Program-made: the position numbers and the translations under genes | Notes under the pieces: model-generated | What the model saw: only the letters and a program-made list of their open reading frames with translations | Told to the model about the DNA's origin: nothing | The model's database searches: none | Shown: positions 9,107 to 19,422 of the stretch, piece after piece | Layout: each line of letters opens with the position of its first letter | Numbering within the stretch: position 1 is the first letter of the stretch | Source of the DNA: Candidatus Levybacteria bacterium RIFCSPHIGHO2_01_FULL_37_17 | GTDB taxonomy: Bacteria; Patescibacteriota; Microgenomatia; Levybacterales; UBA12049 | DNA length: 64,000 nt | Assembly: GCA_001782035.1 (NCBI GenBank) | Contig: MFNL01000001.1 | Location: 277,012-341,011 of the forward strand | Reading direction: 5' to 3'

Positions 9107-10279
9107 ATGAGTTCAAATAACAAATTAATTATTTTTTTTGCTGGCTTAGCATTATATTTCCTATCTGCAGGAATATCTTATTTTGTTTTCGGATCTGTTT
9201 TATCAAAAAATCCTGCCGCTGTCTCCGTTCCCCTTCCGAAGGTGAGCCAAGACGGTCAACTAAATTTTGATGAAAGCTTGCCTAAGACAGAAGAATGTCC
9301 AATCAACGGCGCTAAATATTCAAAACAGCAAGAGGCATGGTGGAACACACACGGGCCTCTTACTGTTATGATAGAAAATCATCAGGAAGCAAGGCCACAG
9401 TCCGGCCTTTCCAAAGCAGATACAATATATGAAATTGTGGCGGAAGGTGGAATTAGCAGATTTCTTACAGTTTTTTATTGCCAGGATCCCGGGCAGCTTG
9501 GTCCAATAAGATCCGCAAGGACATATTTCATAGATTTTGCGTCAGAATACGGTGATTTTCCTCTGTATGTACACGTTGGGGGAGCCAATACTCCAGGTCC
9601 TGCTGATGCTCTTTCGCAATTAACAACATATGGTTGGACTAACCATAATGATTTAAATCAATTCTCAATCGGTTTTCCGACATTTTGGAGAGATTATGAT
9701 AGGCTGGGCCATACTGTAGCAACAGAGCACACTATGTATTCCACTGCAATTAAACTTTGGGAATATGCTGCCAAAGACAGAGAATTAACTAACGTTGATG
9801 AAGATGGAAAGGCTTGGGATACAAGCTTTTCCCCGTATAAATTTACCGACGATCCAAAGCTTTCCGAACGGGCATCAAAACAAGCTATTAATGTCGAGTA
9901 TTGGAATAATTCAGAGTATTTTGTCGATTGGACATATGACACACAAAGCAACAACTACAAAAGAGAAAATGGAGGAAAGTCACATCTGGATAAAAATACG
10001 AGTAAACAGTTAGCTGCTAAAAATATCGTAGTACTTTTTATGAGAGAATCAAACGCAAATGATGGGTATGAAAACAACGTACATCTTTTATACGGTACAA
10101 AAGGAAACGGAAAAGCAATTGTATTCAAAGACGGGAAAAGAATAAATGCGACATGGAAAAAAGCATCAAGAACGTCAAGAACAATTTTAACAGATTCAAG
10201 CGGAAAAGAAATTGCATTCAACAGAGGATTAATTTGGTTTCACGTATTAGCCACCGATGGAGCTGTTACAGCTAAGTAG
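9107..10279 (+). CDS. DUF3048 domain protein (YerB-like secreted/lipoprotein)
   Basis: Signal/TM N-terminus; TIYEIVAEGGISRFLTVFY DUF3048 core; 390 aa. Confidence 0.7.
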   Translation: MSSNNKLIIFFAGLALYFLSAGISYFVFGSVLSKNPAAVSVPLPKVSQDGQLNFDESLPKTEECPINGAKYSKQQEAWWNTHGPLTVMIENHQEARPQSGLSKADTIYEIVAEGGISRFLTVFYCQDPGQLGPIRSARTYFIDFASEYGDFPLYVHVGGANTPGPADALSQLTTYGWTNHNDLNQFSIGFPTFWRDYDRLGHTVATEHTMYSTAIKLWEYAAKDRELTNVDEDGKAWDTSFSPYKFTDDPKLSERASKQAINVEYWNNSEYFVDWTYDTQSNNYKRENGGKSHLDKNTSKQLAAKNIVVLFMRESNANDGYENNVHLLYGTKGNGKAIVFKDGKRINATWKKASRTSRTILTDSSGKEIAFNRGLIWFHVLATDGAVTAK

Positions 10280-10331
10280 TTGCAATTCCCCAATCTTTAT
10301 GATAAAAATTACTCACTTAATTGGATAAAAT

Positions 10332-10907
10332 ATGTTTTCAGATTTAATAACTTCTAAATCAAGAGTTAAGCTACTTTCGGTCTTTTTAGCAAACCCAAAC
10401 GACATGTTCCATGTAAGAGAATTGGTGCGAAGAACAGGGGATGAAATTAATGCTGTCAGACGTGAGCTTGCATTTTTAGAAAATAAGGGGATTCTAAATA
10501 AGGAACCTCGTGCCAACAGGGTTTATTATTCATTTTCCAAAACTTATCCATTTTATTTTGATTTACTTCGCATTGGCTCCAAAAATATGGGGCTTGGTGG
10601 GGATATATTAAAAAATCGTGTCAAACTGGGGAAAATAAAATACGCAATGTTTTCAGGTAAGTTCTTGCGACGAATCAAAGAAAGAGCGGATGAAGTGGAT
10701 TTACTTCTAGTCGGAACAGTGGTTCTTCCCGAGCTTGCGCTTCTTGTACGAGAAGAGGAAAAAAGATTATCAACCGAAATAAACTATACAGTAATGACTG
10801 AGGAAGAGTTTAACTTTAGAAAAAAGAAAAGAGACCCGTTTATTCTATCAATCTTATCAAGCTCAAGAGTTATGCTTCTGGGAGATGAAGAATCTATGCT
10901 TTCATGA
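10332..10907 (+). CDS. winged-helix transcriptional regulator-like protein
   Basis: N-terminal RVKLLSVFLANPNDMFHVRELVRRTG...VRRELAFLENKGIL resembles wHTH DNA-binding domain; C-terminal domain unassigned. Confidence 0.45.
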   Translation: MFSDLITSKSRVKLLSVFLANPNDMFHVRELVRRTGDEINAVRRELAFLENKGILNKEPRANRVYYSFSKTYPFYFDLLRIGSKNMGLGGDILKNRVKLGKIKYAMFSGKFLRRIKERADEVDLLLVGTVVLPELALLVREEEKRLSTEINYTVMTEEEFNFRKKKRDPFILSILSSSRVMLLGDEESMLS

Positions 10908-12196
10908 GAAAAAACCCTAGAACCCTGCTCGCTCTAATAGTAACTCTCACCTTAGTCTCTGTCTTTATAAACCTTCCGAAAGTAGGAAACTTCGATCCAA
11001 ATATCATTTTCCAAAAGTTAAATATTACCAAAGAATTAGCTTTCCGAAAAGGTTTAGACTTGGAAGGTGGAACAAGTCTTATTTTGAGAGCGAATATGAA
11101 AGAGATAGCTTCCTCGCAAAAATCCTCCGCATTGGATAGCGCTAAACTAGTTATAGAAAAAAGAGTTAATCTTTTTGGTGTTTCAGAGCCTCTTGTTCAA
11201 ACTTCAATTGTAAATAACGACTACAGAATTATCGTAGAACTGCCTGGTCTTACCGACATAAATCAAGTAAGACAGCTGATTGGTACAACAGCTCAGCTTT
11301 CATTTTGGGAGGAAGCGAGCTCTTCTGCAAGCATTGCGTCTCCTTCGGCACAGCCGGGGTTTATAAAAACAAGCTTAACTGGAGCGGATATCAAAGATGC
11401 AAGCGTCTCTTTTGACACAAGTACAGGAAAGCCACAAGTTCAGATTAGATTTACAAGTGAGGGATCTAAGAAATTTGCGGATATAACTACGAGAAATGTA
11501 GGCAAGCAGGTTGCAATCGTTTTGGATAATCAGCTAATTGAAAGTCCCGTCGTTAACCAGGCTATTTTAACAGGGGATGCAGTAATTACAGGAAATTTTA
11601 CAGTTGATACAGCAAAGCAATTGTCCACACAGTTGAATGCCGGAGCGCTGCCTGTTCCACTTGAAGTTCTTTCGACTAACGTCATTGAGCCTACTTTAGG
11701 AAGCGCGTCTTTGGCAAAAAGTCTTTTTGCAGGTGTATTAGGATTTATTATAATAATCATTTTTATGATCGGACTTTATGGAAGGCTAGGTGTCGTCGCT
11801 TCTCTTGCGCTTTTTCTCTACGCACTTTTTGTTTTGGCCATTTTTAAAATCAGCTCTATTACTCCATACGGAATCACTTTAACGTTATCAGGAATTGCAG
11901 GCTTTATACTTTCAATCGGAATGGCGGTTGATGCAAATGTTTTAATTTTTGAAAGAACGAAGGAAGAACTTCGAGCAGGTAAAGAAAAAGCTGTTGCAAT
12001 CGAGCTTGGATTTTCAAGAGCTTGGACATCAATTAGGGACTCAAACGTTGCAACTCTAATAACAAGTTTTGTTTTATACCAATTTGGCACAGGAATGGTA
12101 AAAGGCTTTGCTTTAGTTTTAGCAATTGGAGTTTTAGCTTCGATGTTTTCGGCGATTACAATTACTAGAACTTTCATAAGATTTTTATATAAATAA
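10904..12196 (+). CDS. secD: protein translocase subunit SecD
   Basis: LDLEGGTSLIL periplasmic domain and C-terminal SecD/F 6-TM core; ATGA overlap with upstream gene. Confidence 0.9.
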   Translation: MRKNPRTLLALIVTLTLVSVFINLPKVGNFDPNIIFQKLNITKELAFRKGLDLEGGTSLILRANMKEIASSQKSSALDSAKLVIEKRVNLFGVSEPLVQTSIVNNDYRIIVELPGLTDINQVRQLIGTTAQLSFWEEASSSASIASPSAQPGFIKTSLTGADIKDASVSFDTSTGKPQVQIRFTSEGSKKFADITTRNVGKQVAIVLDNQLIESPVVNQAILTGDAVITGNFTVDTAKQLSTQLNAGALPVPLEVLSTNVIEPTLGSASLAKSLFAGVLGFIIIIIFMIGLYGRLGVVASLALFLYALFVLAIFKISSITPYGITLTLSGIAGFILSIGMAVDANVLIFERTKEELRAGKEKAVAIELGFSRAWTSIRDSNVATLITSFVLYQFGTGMVKGFALVLAIGVLASMFSAITITRTFIRFLYK

Positions 12197-12197
12197 T

Positions 12198-13103
12198 ATG
12201 TTTAATATAATTGGCAAAAAATATTGGTTTTTTTTAATATCTACAATTATTATTATTCCCGGTCTTGTGTCACTTTATTTTTATGGCTTAAATCTCTCGA
12301 TTGAGTTTACAGGAGGGTCTAGGCTTTCGTTTGAATTTTCTAAAGAAATAACTAACCAACAAGCGTCAGAAGTAAGAAAAATTTTAGAAGAAAAAAATAT
12401 TAAGGTCTCAACTGTTGAGAAGTCGAATAAAAATCTTTTTATTAGAACTGCACCTCTTTCTCAAAAAGAAAATGTTGAATTGCAAAATGCGCTAAAAAAT
12501 AAATATCCTGATTTTAAACAAATAGGATTTGAAACAATAGGTCCAACAATCGGGCAGGAAATAACCCTTAACGCTTTAAAAGCGATTGCCATCGCATCTA
12601 TTCTGATTGTTTTATATGTAACTTACTCTTTCCGCCAAGTTCCCAAACCCGCAAGTAGCGTCAGGTTTGGAGTAGCCGCAGTTATCGCGCTGGTACACGA
12701 TGTGCTAGTTTTAATAGGAGCTTTTTCAATATTTGGACATTTCTTAAATGTAGAGATTGATAGTCTTTTTGTGACAGCAACTCTGACTGTTATTGGGTTT
12801 TCGGTGCATGACACAATTGTAGTTTTCGATAGAATTAGAGAAAATTTAAAACGGCAAGGAAGTGAGCATTTTGCGGCTACGGTTAATGATTCAATATTGC
12901 AAACTTTTGACCGCTCGCTTAACACATCTCTTACAGTAATTCTTGTTCTTGTTGCTCTTCTTATTTTTGGAGGGGAAACGATAAGATGGTTTGTTGTAGC
13001 GCTTTTGGTTGGAATAATTTCCGGAACCTACTCATCTATTTTCAACGCCGCCCCAATTTTAGTTGTTTGGCAGGAAATTGTCGAGAAGAAAGTTAAGAGG
13101 TAA
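12198..13103 (+). CDS. secF: protein translocase subunit SecF
   Basis: IEFTGGSRLSFEF N-terminal motif and SecF membrane core; immediately follows secD. Confidence 0.9.
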   Translation: MFNIIGKKYWFFLISTIIIIPGLVSLYFYGLNLSIEFTGGSRLSFEFSKEITNQQASEVRKILEEKNIKVSTVEKSNKNLFIRTAPLSQKENVELQNALKNKYPDFKQIGFETIGPTIGQEITLNALKAIAIASILIVLYVTYSFRQVPKPASSVRFGVAAVIALVHDVLVLIGAFSIFGHFLNVEIDSLFVTATLTVIGFSVHDTIVVFDRIRENLKRQGSEHFAATVNDSILQTFDRSLNTSLTVILVLVALLIFGGETIRWFVVALLVGIISGTYSSIFNAAPILVVWQEIVEKKVKR

Positions 13104-13545
13104 GCTTCTCGCTTACTAATTTTGAAACCAGTCCCATATCTGCTTTGCCCTTGAGCTTAGCATTAAGCGCTCCCATAACTTTTCCCATATCTTGCATTGC
13201 TGAGGCTCCAACCTCGTTAATTATTTGTTCAACAACTTTTTGAATCTCTTCCTCACCCATTTGCTCTGGCAAGTATTCTTGTAAGATTTCCAACTCTTTT
13301 TTTTCTTTGTCTGCCAAATCTTGTCTTTGGGCTTTCTCATACTCCGTAATTGAATCGCGTCTTTGTTTTGCCTGAGATTGAATTACCGACAACACATCCT
13401 CTTCTGTCGCACTGTATCCTGCGCCTCCTTTTTGAATTTCATAATAATTTATCGCAGAAAGTAACATTCGCAAAACAGAAGTTTTTAGCTCGTCTTTGGC
13501 AAGCATTGATTCTTTTAATTTTCCCTGTAACTCATCTTTCGTCAT
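13093..13545 (-). CDS. GatB/YqeY domain protein
   Basis: 150 aa, SVLRMLLSAINYYEIQKG...GKVMGALNAKLKGKADMGLVSKLV typical YqeY. Confidence 0.85.
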   Translation of the reverse strand: MTKDELQGKLKESMLAKDELKTSVLRMLLSAINYYEIQKGGAGYSATEEDVLSVIQSQAKQRRDSITEYEKAQRQDLADKEKKELEILQEYLPEQMGEEEIQKVVEQIINEVGASAMQDMGKVMGALNAKLKGKADMGLVSKLVSEKLTS

Positions 13546-13552
13546 AACCTAA

Positions 13553-14947
13553 TTATAGCTCTTTAATTCTTTTTTCTAAATACTCTTTGTTATTTAATTT
13601 TAAATTTTCGTCTACCTCTTCAAAAAGTTTTTTTAATATTTCTCCGACTTTGGGACCAGGTTTAATATTTAAAATTCTCATTACGTCCTTTCCATTAACA
13701 GCTAAATCGTTCATCGAGAATGGTTTTGGAGCAAGTTCCCCTGCGACTCTTTCTTTGAATTTTTTTAATCTCCAGCTTTCTGCTTTTTGGGTTCCTCCGC
13801 CGAGCCTGTCTCCAATTCTAAGGTCCATCATATCAGCAACATTTTCAACCCCAATTCTTCTTATAAATCGCCTTACCGCTGAATCAGTTAAGTTCTCGTT
13901 AACAGAAAACATGTGCCAGCGCACTAAAGTTATAACTTTATCCCTATCTTTTTTTGAAAACTTAAGCCTGTCACATAATTCCCCCGCAATTTTTGCGCCG
14001 GCTACCTCGTGGTTATAAAAAATGACCAATCCCTTATCATCCTTTGAGGCGACTTGTGGTTTTCCAATATCGTGAATTAGAGCGGCAAACTTAACAATTG
14101 GGTTTGTAGACGGACAAAACTTTAAAGATAAAACATTATGAGTAAAAACATCTTCGGTATGGTGTCTTCCGGCTCTTGCCTGAGACAGTCCAATGCCCTC
14201 TAAAAGCTGCGGAATAATATATTTTAAAAGCCCGCTTTCGTATAGCATTATTGCGCCTTCGTATGCAAACTCCGACTTCAAAATCCTCAAAAGTTCTGCT
14301 TGCACTCTTTCTTTTGAGATGTGTTCCAAGAGCTTCGCATCACTTTTTATACTTTTCCATGTTTTCTCTTCGATTGTAAACTGCAGCTCTGTTGCAATTC
14401 GAATTCCCCGCATAAGTCTTAATGCATCTTCTTTAAATCTTAAGTTTGGATTTCCAACTGCTCTTACAATTTTTTCTTTTAAATCCTTTTCCCCGTCGAG
14501 TGGGTCGATGATTTTATATTCTCCGTTTTTTATTTCAAGAGCAATAGCGTTTATCGTAAAGTCCCTTCTTGATAAATCGTCTTCTATGGTTTTCCCCCAT
14601 TCAATTTTTTCGGGTTTATGGGTGGGAGACTCGCTCCATTCTTTTCTAAATGTAGTAATTTCTGCAATCTTTTTCTCGCCCTTTAACTCAAAAGATACCC
14701 CAACTGTTCCAAACTGGTTATCGTAAAATCCATTTTGGAAAACTTTTAATATTTGTTCTGGTGTCGCATTCGTTGTTAGATCCCAGTCTTTTACGGAGTT
14801 GCTCAGCAGTAAGCTTCGTACGCATCCTCCTACGAAATAAACTTCAAAATTAGCTTTTTGTAGTTTTTTATAAATTTCAATAACTTCGTTTGGAATATCT
14901 TTCTGCATAGCTTGTTCGGTTAAGCTTACTTTGCTATAGTATAGCAA
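13553..14947 (-). CDS. cca: CCA tRNA nucleotidyltransferase with HD domain
   Basis: YFVGGCVRSLLL...DWDLTT polymerase-beta head motifs; HD motif LIHDIGKP; 464 aa. Confidence 0.85.
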   Translation of the reverse strand: MLYYSKVSLTEQAMQKDIPNEVIEIYKKLQKANFEVYFVGGCVRSLLLSNSVKDWDLTTNATPEQILKVFQNGFYDNQFGTVGVSFELKGEKKIAEITTFRKEWSESPTHKPEKIEWGKTIEDDLSRRDFTINAIALEIKNGEYKIIDPLDGEKDLKEKIVRAVGNPNLRFKEDALRLMRGIRIATELQFTIEEKTWKSIKSDAKLLEHISKERVQAELLRILKSEFAYEGAIMLYESGLLKYIIPQLLEGIGLSQARAGRHHTEDVFTHNVLSLKFCPSTNPIVKFAALIHDIGKPQVASKDDKGLVIFYNHEVAGAKIAGELCDRLKFSKKDRDKVITLVRWHMFSVNENLTDSAVRRFIRRIGVENVADMMDLRIGDRLGGGTQKAESWRLKKFKERVAGELAPKPFSMNDLAVNGKDVMRILNIKPGPKVGEILKKLFEEVDENLKLNNKEYLEKRIKEL

Positions 14948-14957
14948 GTTTTAAGAG

Positions 14958-16616
14958 ATGAAAAAATGGAACTTGCTCCATCAAGTTGAAAGTCAAAATT
15001 CAAAAGTCAAAAACGATGATATTCTTGACATCCTTCTAGAGAACAGAGGAATTAAGACTAAAAAAGAAAAAGAAAATTTCCTTACCCCAAAATTTAAAGA
15101 AGTAACAATTGCTTCTGTGGAAATTGACAAAAAACACCTCAAAAAAGCAACAGCAAGAATTAAAAAAGCAATTAATAATAAAGAGAAAATAATTATTTTT
15201 GGGGATTACGATGTAGATGGAATAGCCGCATCTGCAATTCTTTGGGAAACATTAAATAATTTAGGGGCGAATGTTTTGCCTTATATTCCATCAAGATTTG
15301 AAGAGGGATACGGACTAAGCATTAAAGGAATTGATAATGTTCTTGCTCAAAATTCAGATTTAAAATTGATAATAACAGTGGATAACGGAATTGTCGCAAA
15401 CGTTGCAATTGATTATGCAAATAAAAAAGGAGTTGATGTTATTATTACAGATCATCATGTAAAACCTGTTAATTCTAAGCTTCCAAAAGCCTTTGCAATA
15501 ATTCATACTACGCTTCTTTGTGGCGCAGGCGTTGCATATTTTCTGTCAAAAGACTTAAAAAACGAGACAATTGATTTTCCTGACAGCCATCTAGAGCTTG
15601 TTGCGCTGGCAACTATTGCAGATTTAGTTTCGCTTAAGGATGGAAACAGGGTATTTGTTCGTTTTGGAATTGAGGCCTTGAGGAAAACCAAAAGACCGGG
15701 TCTTCTTTCGCTTTTTTCCAAGGCTGACATTGATAAAGATGAAATTGGTGTTTATCAAGTAGGCCATATAATTGCACCTAGATTAAATGCTATGGGAAGA
15801 CTCACGAATGCAATGGATAGCTTAAGACTCATTTGCACTTCCAGCGTGCAAAGGGCGAATGATTTAGCTAATACTCTGGCAAAGACAAATTTGGAAAGAC
15901 AAGAAATCACAGCGGGAACACTCGATCATGCCTTAAGCGGTGCAAAGAAAAACTTGCTTAAAAAATTAATTTTTATAGCAGACAAATCCTATAAAGAGGG
16001 TGTAATTGGTTTAGTCGCGGGCAGGCTAGTTGAAGAATATTATTTACCTTCTATTGTTATTTCAAAAGGCAAAAAATATAGCAAAGCCTCCGCAAGAAGT
16101 GTTTTAGGGTTCAATATAGTCGAGTTTTTAAGGGAAGCATCAGATTTACTTGTGGACGTAGGGGGACATCCTATGGCAGCAGGATTTACTGTGGAAACGA
16201 AAAACTTAGCAAAGCTGGAGAAATTTTTATATGAAAAGGTTTCAAAGCTTATTAGCAAAGATCATTTAGAACGCAAGCTAAATATAGACTTAATTTTACC
16301 TGAGGATTTAATAGGTTTGGATTTATATTCTTATATTCAAAAATTGTCTCCTTTTGGAATGGCAAATCCGGAACCTACTTTTCTTACACACAATTTGAGG
16401 ATCTTTGAAATAAAAAAAGTCGGCAGAGATGGCAAACATCTTAAGCTAAAATTAAATACTATTAATGGAGCGCGCCTTGATGCCATTGCGTTTGGAATGG
16501 GTGATTCTAAGTTAAAAATAGGAGATGCTATAAATGTTGTCTATACTTTTTCGGTAGATGAATGGAACGGAAATAAAAAGCTCCAGCTAAAAGTAAAAGA
16601 TTTTAAAACTATCTAG
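14958..16616 (+). CDS. recJ: single-stranded-DNA-specific exonuclease RecJ
   Basis: DHH family motifs (IIFGDYDVDGIAASAIL, ITDHHV), DHHA1 and C-terminal OB-like region. Confidence 0.85.
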   Translation: MKKWNLLHQVESQNSKVKNDDILDILLENRGIKTKKEKENFLTPKFKEVTIASVEIDKKHLKKATARIKKAINNKEKIIIFGDYDVDGIAASAILWETLNNLGANVLPYIPSRFEEGYGLSIKGIDNVLAQNSDLKLIITVDNGIVANVAIDYANKKGVDVIITDHHVKPVNSKLPKAFAIIHTTLLCGAGVAYFLSKDLKNETIDFPDSHLELVALATIADLVSLKDGNRVFVRFGIEALRKTKRPGLLSLFSKADIDKDEIGVYQVGHIIAPRLNAMGRLTNAMDSLRLICTSSVQRANDLANTLAKTNLERQEITAGTLDHALSGAKKNLLKKLIFIADKSYKEGVIGLVAGRLVEEYYLPSIVISKGKKYSKASARSVLGFNIVEFLREASDLLVDVGGHPMAAGFTVETKNLAKLEKFLYEKVSKLISKDHLERKLNIDLILPEDLIGLDLYSYIQKLSPFGMANPEPTFLTHNLRIFEIKKVGRDGKHLKLKLNTINGARLDAIAFGMGDSKLKIGDAINVVYTFSVDEWNGNKKLQLKVKDFKTI

Positions 16617-17079
16617 CCCACTCAAAGACTACGCCTCGCCTTGACAATTTTGTAGATTCAGAAACAGCAGCTTCTATACTATCGACTTGCGCAGATACAT
16701 CAGGCATTTCATATATTCCTTCTACCTTAGCTGTTTTAAGCTCCTCATCTCTTTCTGCTAAAGCTATTGGATCGGTTAAGTATCTAACATGTCTTTCTAT
16801 GTCCGGCTCAGTAACATTAAACCTTATCAATGCGGCTTTGTATGCCTCAACATGGCTAGAGGTTAGTTGAGATACAGGCTCTTCTCTTGTTACTGTCAAG
16901 CAATGAATACCATTTCTTTCTTTGATTGACCTTGGTTTTTCTCCTACACTGTGTATTTTTAGCCTTCGTATTCCACTTTCAATAAAGTTTCTCATAAAAA
17001 ATTTCCGCAAAAAAACTTCCTTTCTGAAGCACAAAAATGGCTTCGTAGGGAAGTTAATCAATAATCTTATTAAATGCAA
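16609..17079 (-). CDS. hypothetical protein (start uncertain; internal Met MRNFIESG plausible)
   Basis: ORF convergent with recJ and overlapping its last 8 nt; no family recognised. Confidence 0.35.
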   Translation of the reverse strand: MHLIRLLINFPTKPFLCFRKEVFLRKFFMRNFIESGIRRLKIHSVGEKPRSIKERNGIHCLTVTREEPVSQLTSSHVEAYKAALIRFNVTEPDIERHVRYLTDPIALAERDEELKTAKVEGIYEMPDVSAQVDSIEAAVSESTKLSRRGVVFEWAR

Positions 17080-17150
17080 GTGATTTCATAAATATTAATT
17101 CCATATCAAATCGTATCACCTAAAAATTAGCTTGTCAAGAGCTTAGGAGG

Positions 17151-18521
17151 ATGATATCATCAAGATTAATGAGTAGGGTTTTAGCCACAGATGCGAAGGA
17201 TTTTGTAGAAAAAGAAATATCTATAAAAGGGTGGGTAAGGTTAAGGCGAGATCACGGAAAGCTGATTTTTCTTGATATTAGGGATAGGAGTGGAATTATT
17301 CAGGTGGTGGTTAATCCTCAAGTTTCGCAATCTGCTTATAAAAATGCTCAAGCGCTGGGGGTTGAATATGCGGTTGAAATTAAAGGAAGAGTAAATAAAC
17401 GCCCGGAAAATTCCATTAATAAAGATCTAGAAAGCGGCAGAGTTGAGCTTGAGGCAACAGAAATAAAAATACTGGCTAAGGCTCCTGTTTTACCCTTTGA
17501 TATGGGAGGGGAAGATTTGAAACTTGAGCTGCCAACTCTTCTTGACCACAGGGGTCTGACTCTACGTCACCCTAAAATAGCCGCAATTTTTAAAGTCCAG
17601 GCAGTTATCATAGATGAGTTTAGAAATTATCTTAAAAGGGAGGGTTTTGTTGAGTTCCAGGCTCCTTCAATTGCTCCTGCGGTAGCTGAAGGCGGAGCTG
17701 CCGTTTTTGAGGTTGATTATTTTGGAAATAAAGCATATCTTTCCCAGAGCCCCCAGCTTTATAAGCAGATTGTAATGTCTGCATTCGAGCGCGTTTTCTC
17801 TGTAAATAAGGTGTTCAGAGCAGAACCCTCAGTTACTACAAGGCATTTGACCGAGGTGGTTTCTTTGGACGCTGAAATGGCATTCATAGAGTCTTGGGAG
17901 GATGTAAAGGATATGGCGCAGTCTACTGTTAGAACAATTTTAAAAAGACTTGAGAAAGAGTGCGCAAAAGAGCTTAAAATGTACAAGGTCGAGCTTCCTA
18001 AAATGATTGAAAAGACTCCATATTTAAGCCTTAGAGATGCCCAGGAAAAAATTTTCAAACATTCAGGCCGAGACGCGCGAGGCGAAAAAGACCTAAACCC
18101 TCAAGATGAGCGCGAGATTTGCGAAATAATCAAAAAGGAAACAGGCTCCGATTTTGTATTTATTTACGGATATCCAACAAAAGAGAAACCATTTTATGTT
18201 TATCCAAATCCCGACAATCCTGAGTATAACGAGGGCATGGATTTACTCTGTAAAGGTCTTGAGTGGGCATCAGGAGGCAGAAGGGTAAATGACTATGACC
18301 AGCTGATGGAGCACGTTAAAAAATGGAAACTTAACCCAGCCAAAATCAAGCTTTTTCTCGAAACATTTAAGTACGGAATACCTCCCGAAGGAGGATTTGC
18401 GTTGGGGGCAGAAAGAATGACTATGCAGATTTTAGAGCTGTCTAACGTACGTGAGGCTAGTATATTTCCAAGAGATATTGAAAGAATTGATGAAAGGCTT
18501 ACCTCTAAAAAAAGGTCCTAA
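17151..18521 (+). CDS. aspS: aspartate--tRNA ligase, archaeal/eukaryotic-type class IIb (AspRS; AsnRS not fully excluded)
   Basis: N-terminal OB anticodon-binding domain, class II motifs incl. FRAE and LSQSPQLYKQ; 456 aa; AGGAGG SD upstream. Confidence 0.75.
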   Translation: MISSRLMSRVLATDAKDFVEKEISIKGWVRLRRDHGKLIFLDIRDRSGIIQVVVNPQVSQSAYKNAQALGVEYAVEIKGRVNKRPENSINKDLESGRVELEATEIKILAKAPVLPFDMGGEDLKLELPTLLDHRGLTLRHPKIAAIFKVQAVIIDEFRNYLKREGFVEFQAPSIAPAVAEGGAAVFEVDYFGNKAYLSQSPQLYKQIVMSAFERVFSVNKVFRAEPSVTTRHLTEVVSLDAEMAFIESWEDVKDMAQSTVRTILKRLEKECAKELKMYKVELPKMIEKTPYLSLRDAQEKIFKHSGRDARGEKDLNPQDEREICEIIKKETGSDFVFIYGYPTKEKPFYVYPNPDNPEYNEGMDLLCKGLEWASGGRRVNDYDQLMEHVKKWKLNPAKIKLFLETFKYGIPPEGGFALGAERMTMQILELSNVREASIFPRDIERIDERLTSKKRS

Positions 18522-19422
18522 AGAGTTCTATAAAATTTATTCACTGATTTTATTTTCAATATTTCTTGTGCTTTTTTCTCTAAGTATAATACTTAAGTTT
18601 TGGATTATAAATTACTCAACTAACGATATTCCAATCAAACCTAGGGCCGACTTTAAGTACCCAGTGCTTAAGGCTGAGTTCAACCCGCAAATAAGCGCAA
18701 CCGGTGCAATTATCATGGACGGCAAAACAAAAGCACTTATTTACTCAAAAAATCCCAAATTAAGGTTTTCCCCAGCCTCGACTACTAAAATTATGACAGC
18801 AATAGTTGCCTTGGACAGCTTTAAGCTCAACGATATTTTGACCGTAAAAGAAGCAACTACTGAGGGCTCCATTCTTGGACTTTATCCCGGAGAGCAGCTT
18901 AGCTTAGAATCACTTCTCTACGCACTGCTTCTTCCCTCGGCCAATGATGCTGCTTTAACCATTGCTCAAAATTATCCGGGTGGAGAAAAGAAATTTATTG
19001 ATAAAATGAACGAAAAAGCAAAATTATTTATGCTTGAAAATACTCATTTTGGAGACCCGGCAGGACTTGAAGATAGCAAAAACTTTACTACCCCGTTTGA
19101 TTTAGCCAGACTTGCGTCGTTTGCGATGGAAAATTCTGATTTTGCAAAAATTGTTTCAACTCAGTACAAAATCATAACAGACATGAGTGGCGCTTCGGTT
19201 TATTTTTTGGAAAACTTAAACAAGCTTTTAGGCACAGATAACATAACAGGAATAAAAACCGGATACACACAGGAGGCAGGGCAGGTTTTAGTTATCTCAA
19301 AGGTTGAAAGCGGCAACACCATAATTTTGGTCGTTATGGGAAGTGAAGATAGATTCCTTGATACTCAGAAGCTCTTAAGCTTAATTAGTGGAAATCTTAC
19401 TTACTTATCCATTCATCCGTAA
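18490..19422 (+). CDS. D-alanyl-D-alanine carboxypeptidase (peptidase S11, PBP5/DacB-like)
   Basis: SxxK (ASTTK), SxN (SAN) and KTG (KTGYT) motifs in canonical order; ORF track start 18451, Met at 18490 chosen to reduce overlap with aspS. Confidence 0.8.
   Translation: MKGLPLKKGPKEFYKIYSLILFSIFLVLFSLSIILKFWIINYSTNDIPIKPRADFKYPVLKAEFNPQISATGAIIMDGKTKALIYSKNPKLRFSPASTTKIMTAIVALDSFKLNDILTVKEATTEGSILGLYPGEQLSLESLLYALLLPSANDAALTIAQNYPGGEKKFIDKMNEKAKLFMLENTHFGDPAGLEDSKNFTTPFDLARLASFAMENSDFAKIVSTQYKIITDMSGASVYFLENLNKLLGTDNITGIKTGYTQEAGQVLVISKVESGNTIILVVMGSEDRFLDTQKLLSLISGNLTYLSIHP

Noticed and set aside
17130-17170. TTGTCA-N17-TATCAT promoter for aspS
   Set aside because: The putative -10 would lie downstream of the AGGAGG ribosome-binding site and overlap the start codon, so the geometry is inconsistent.
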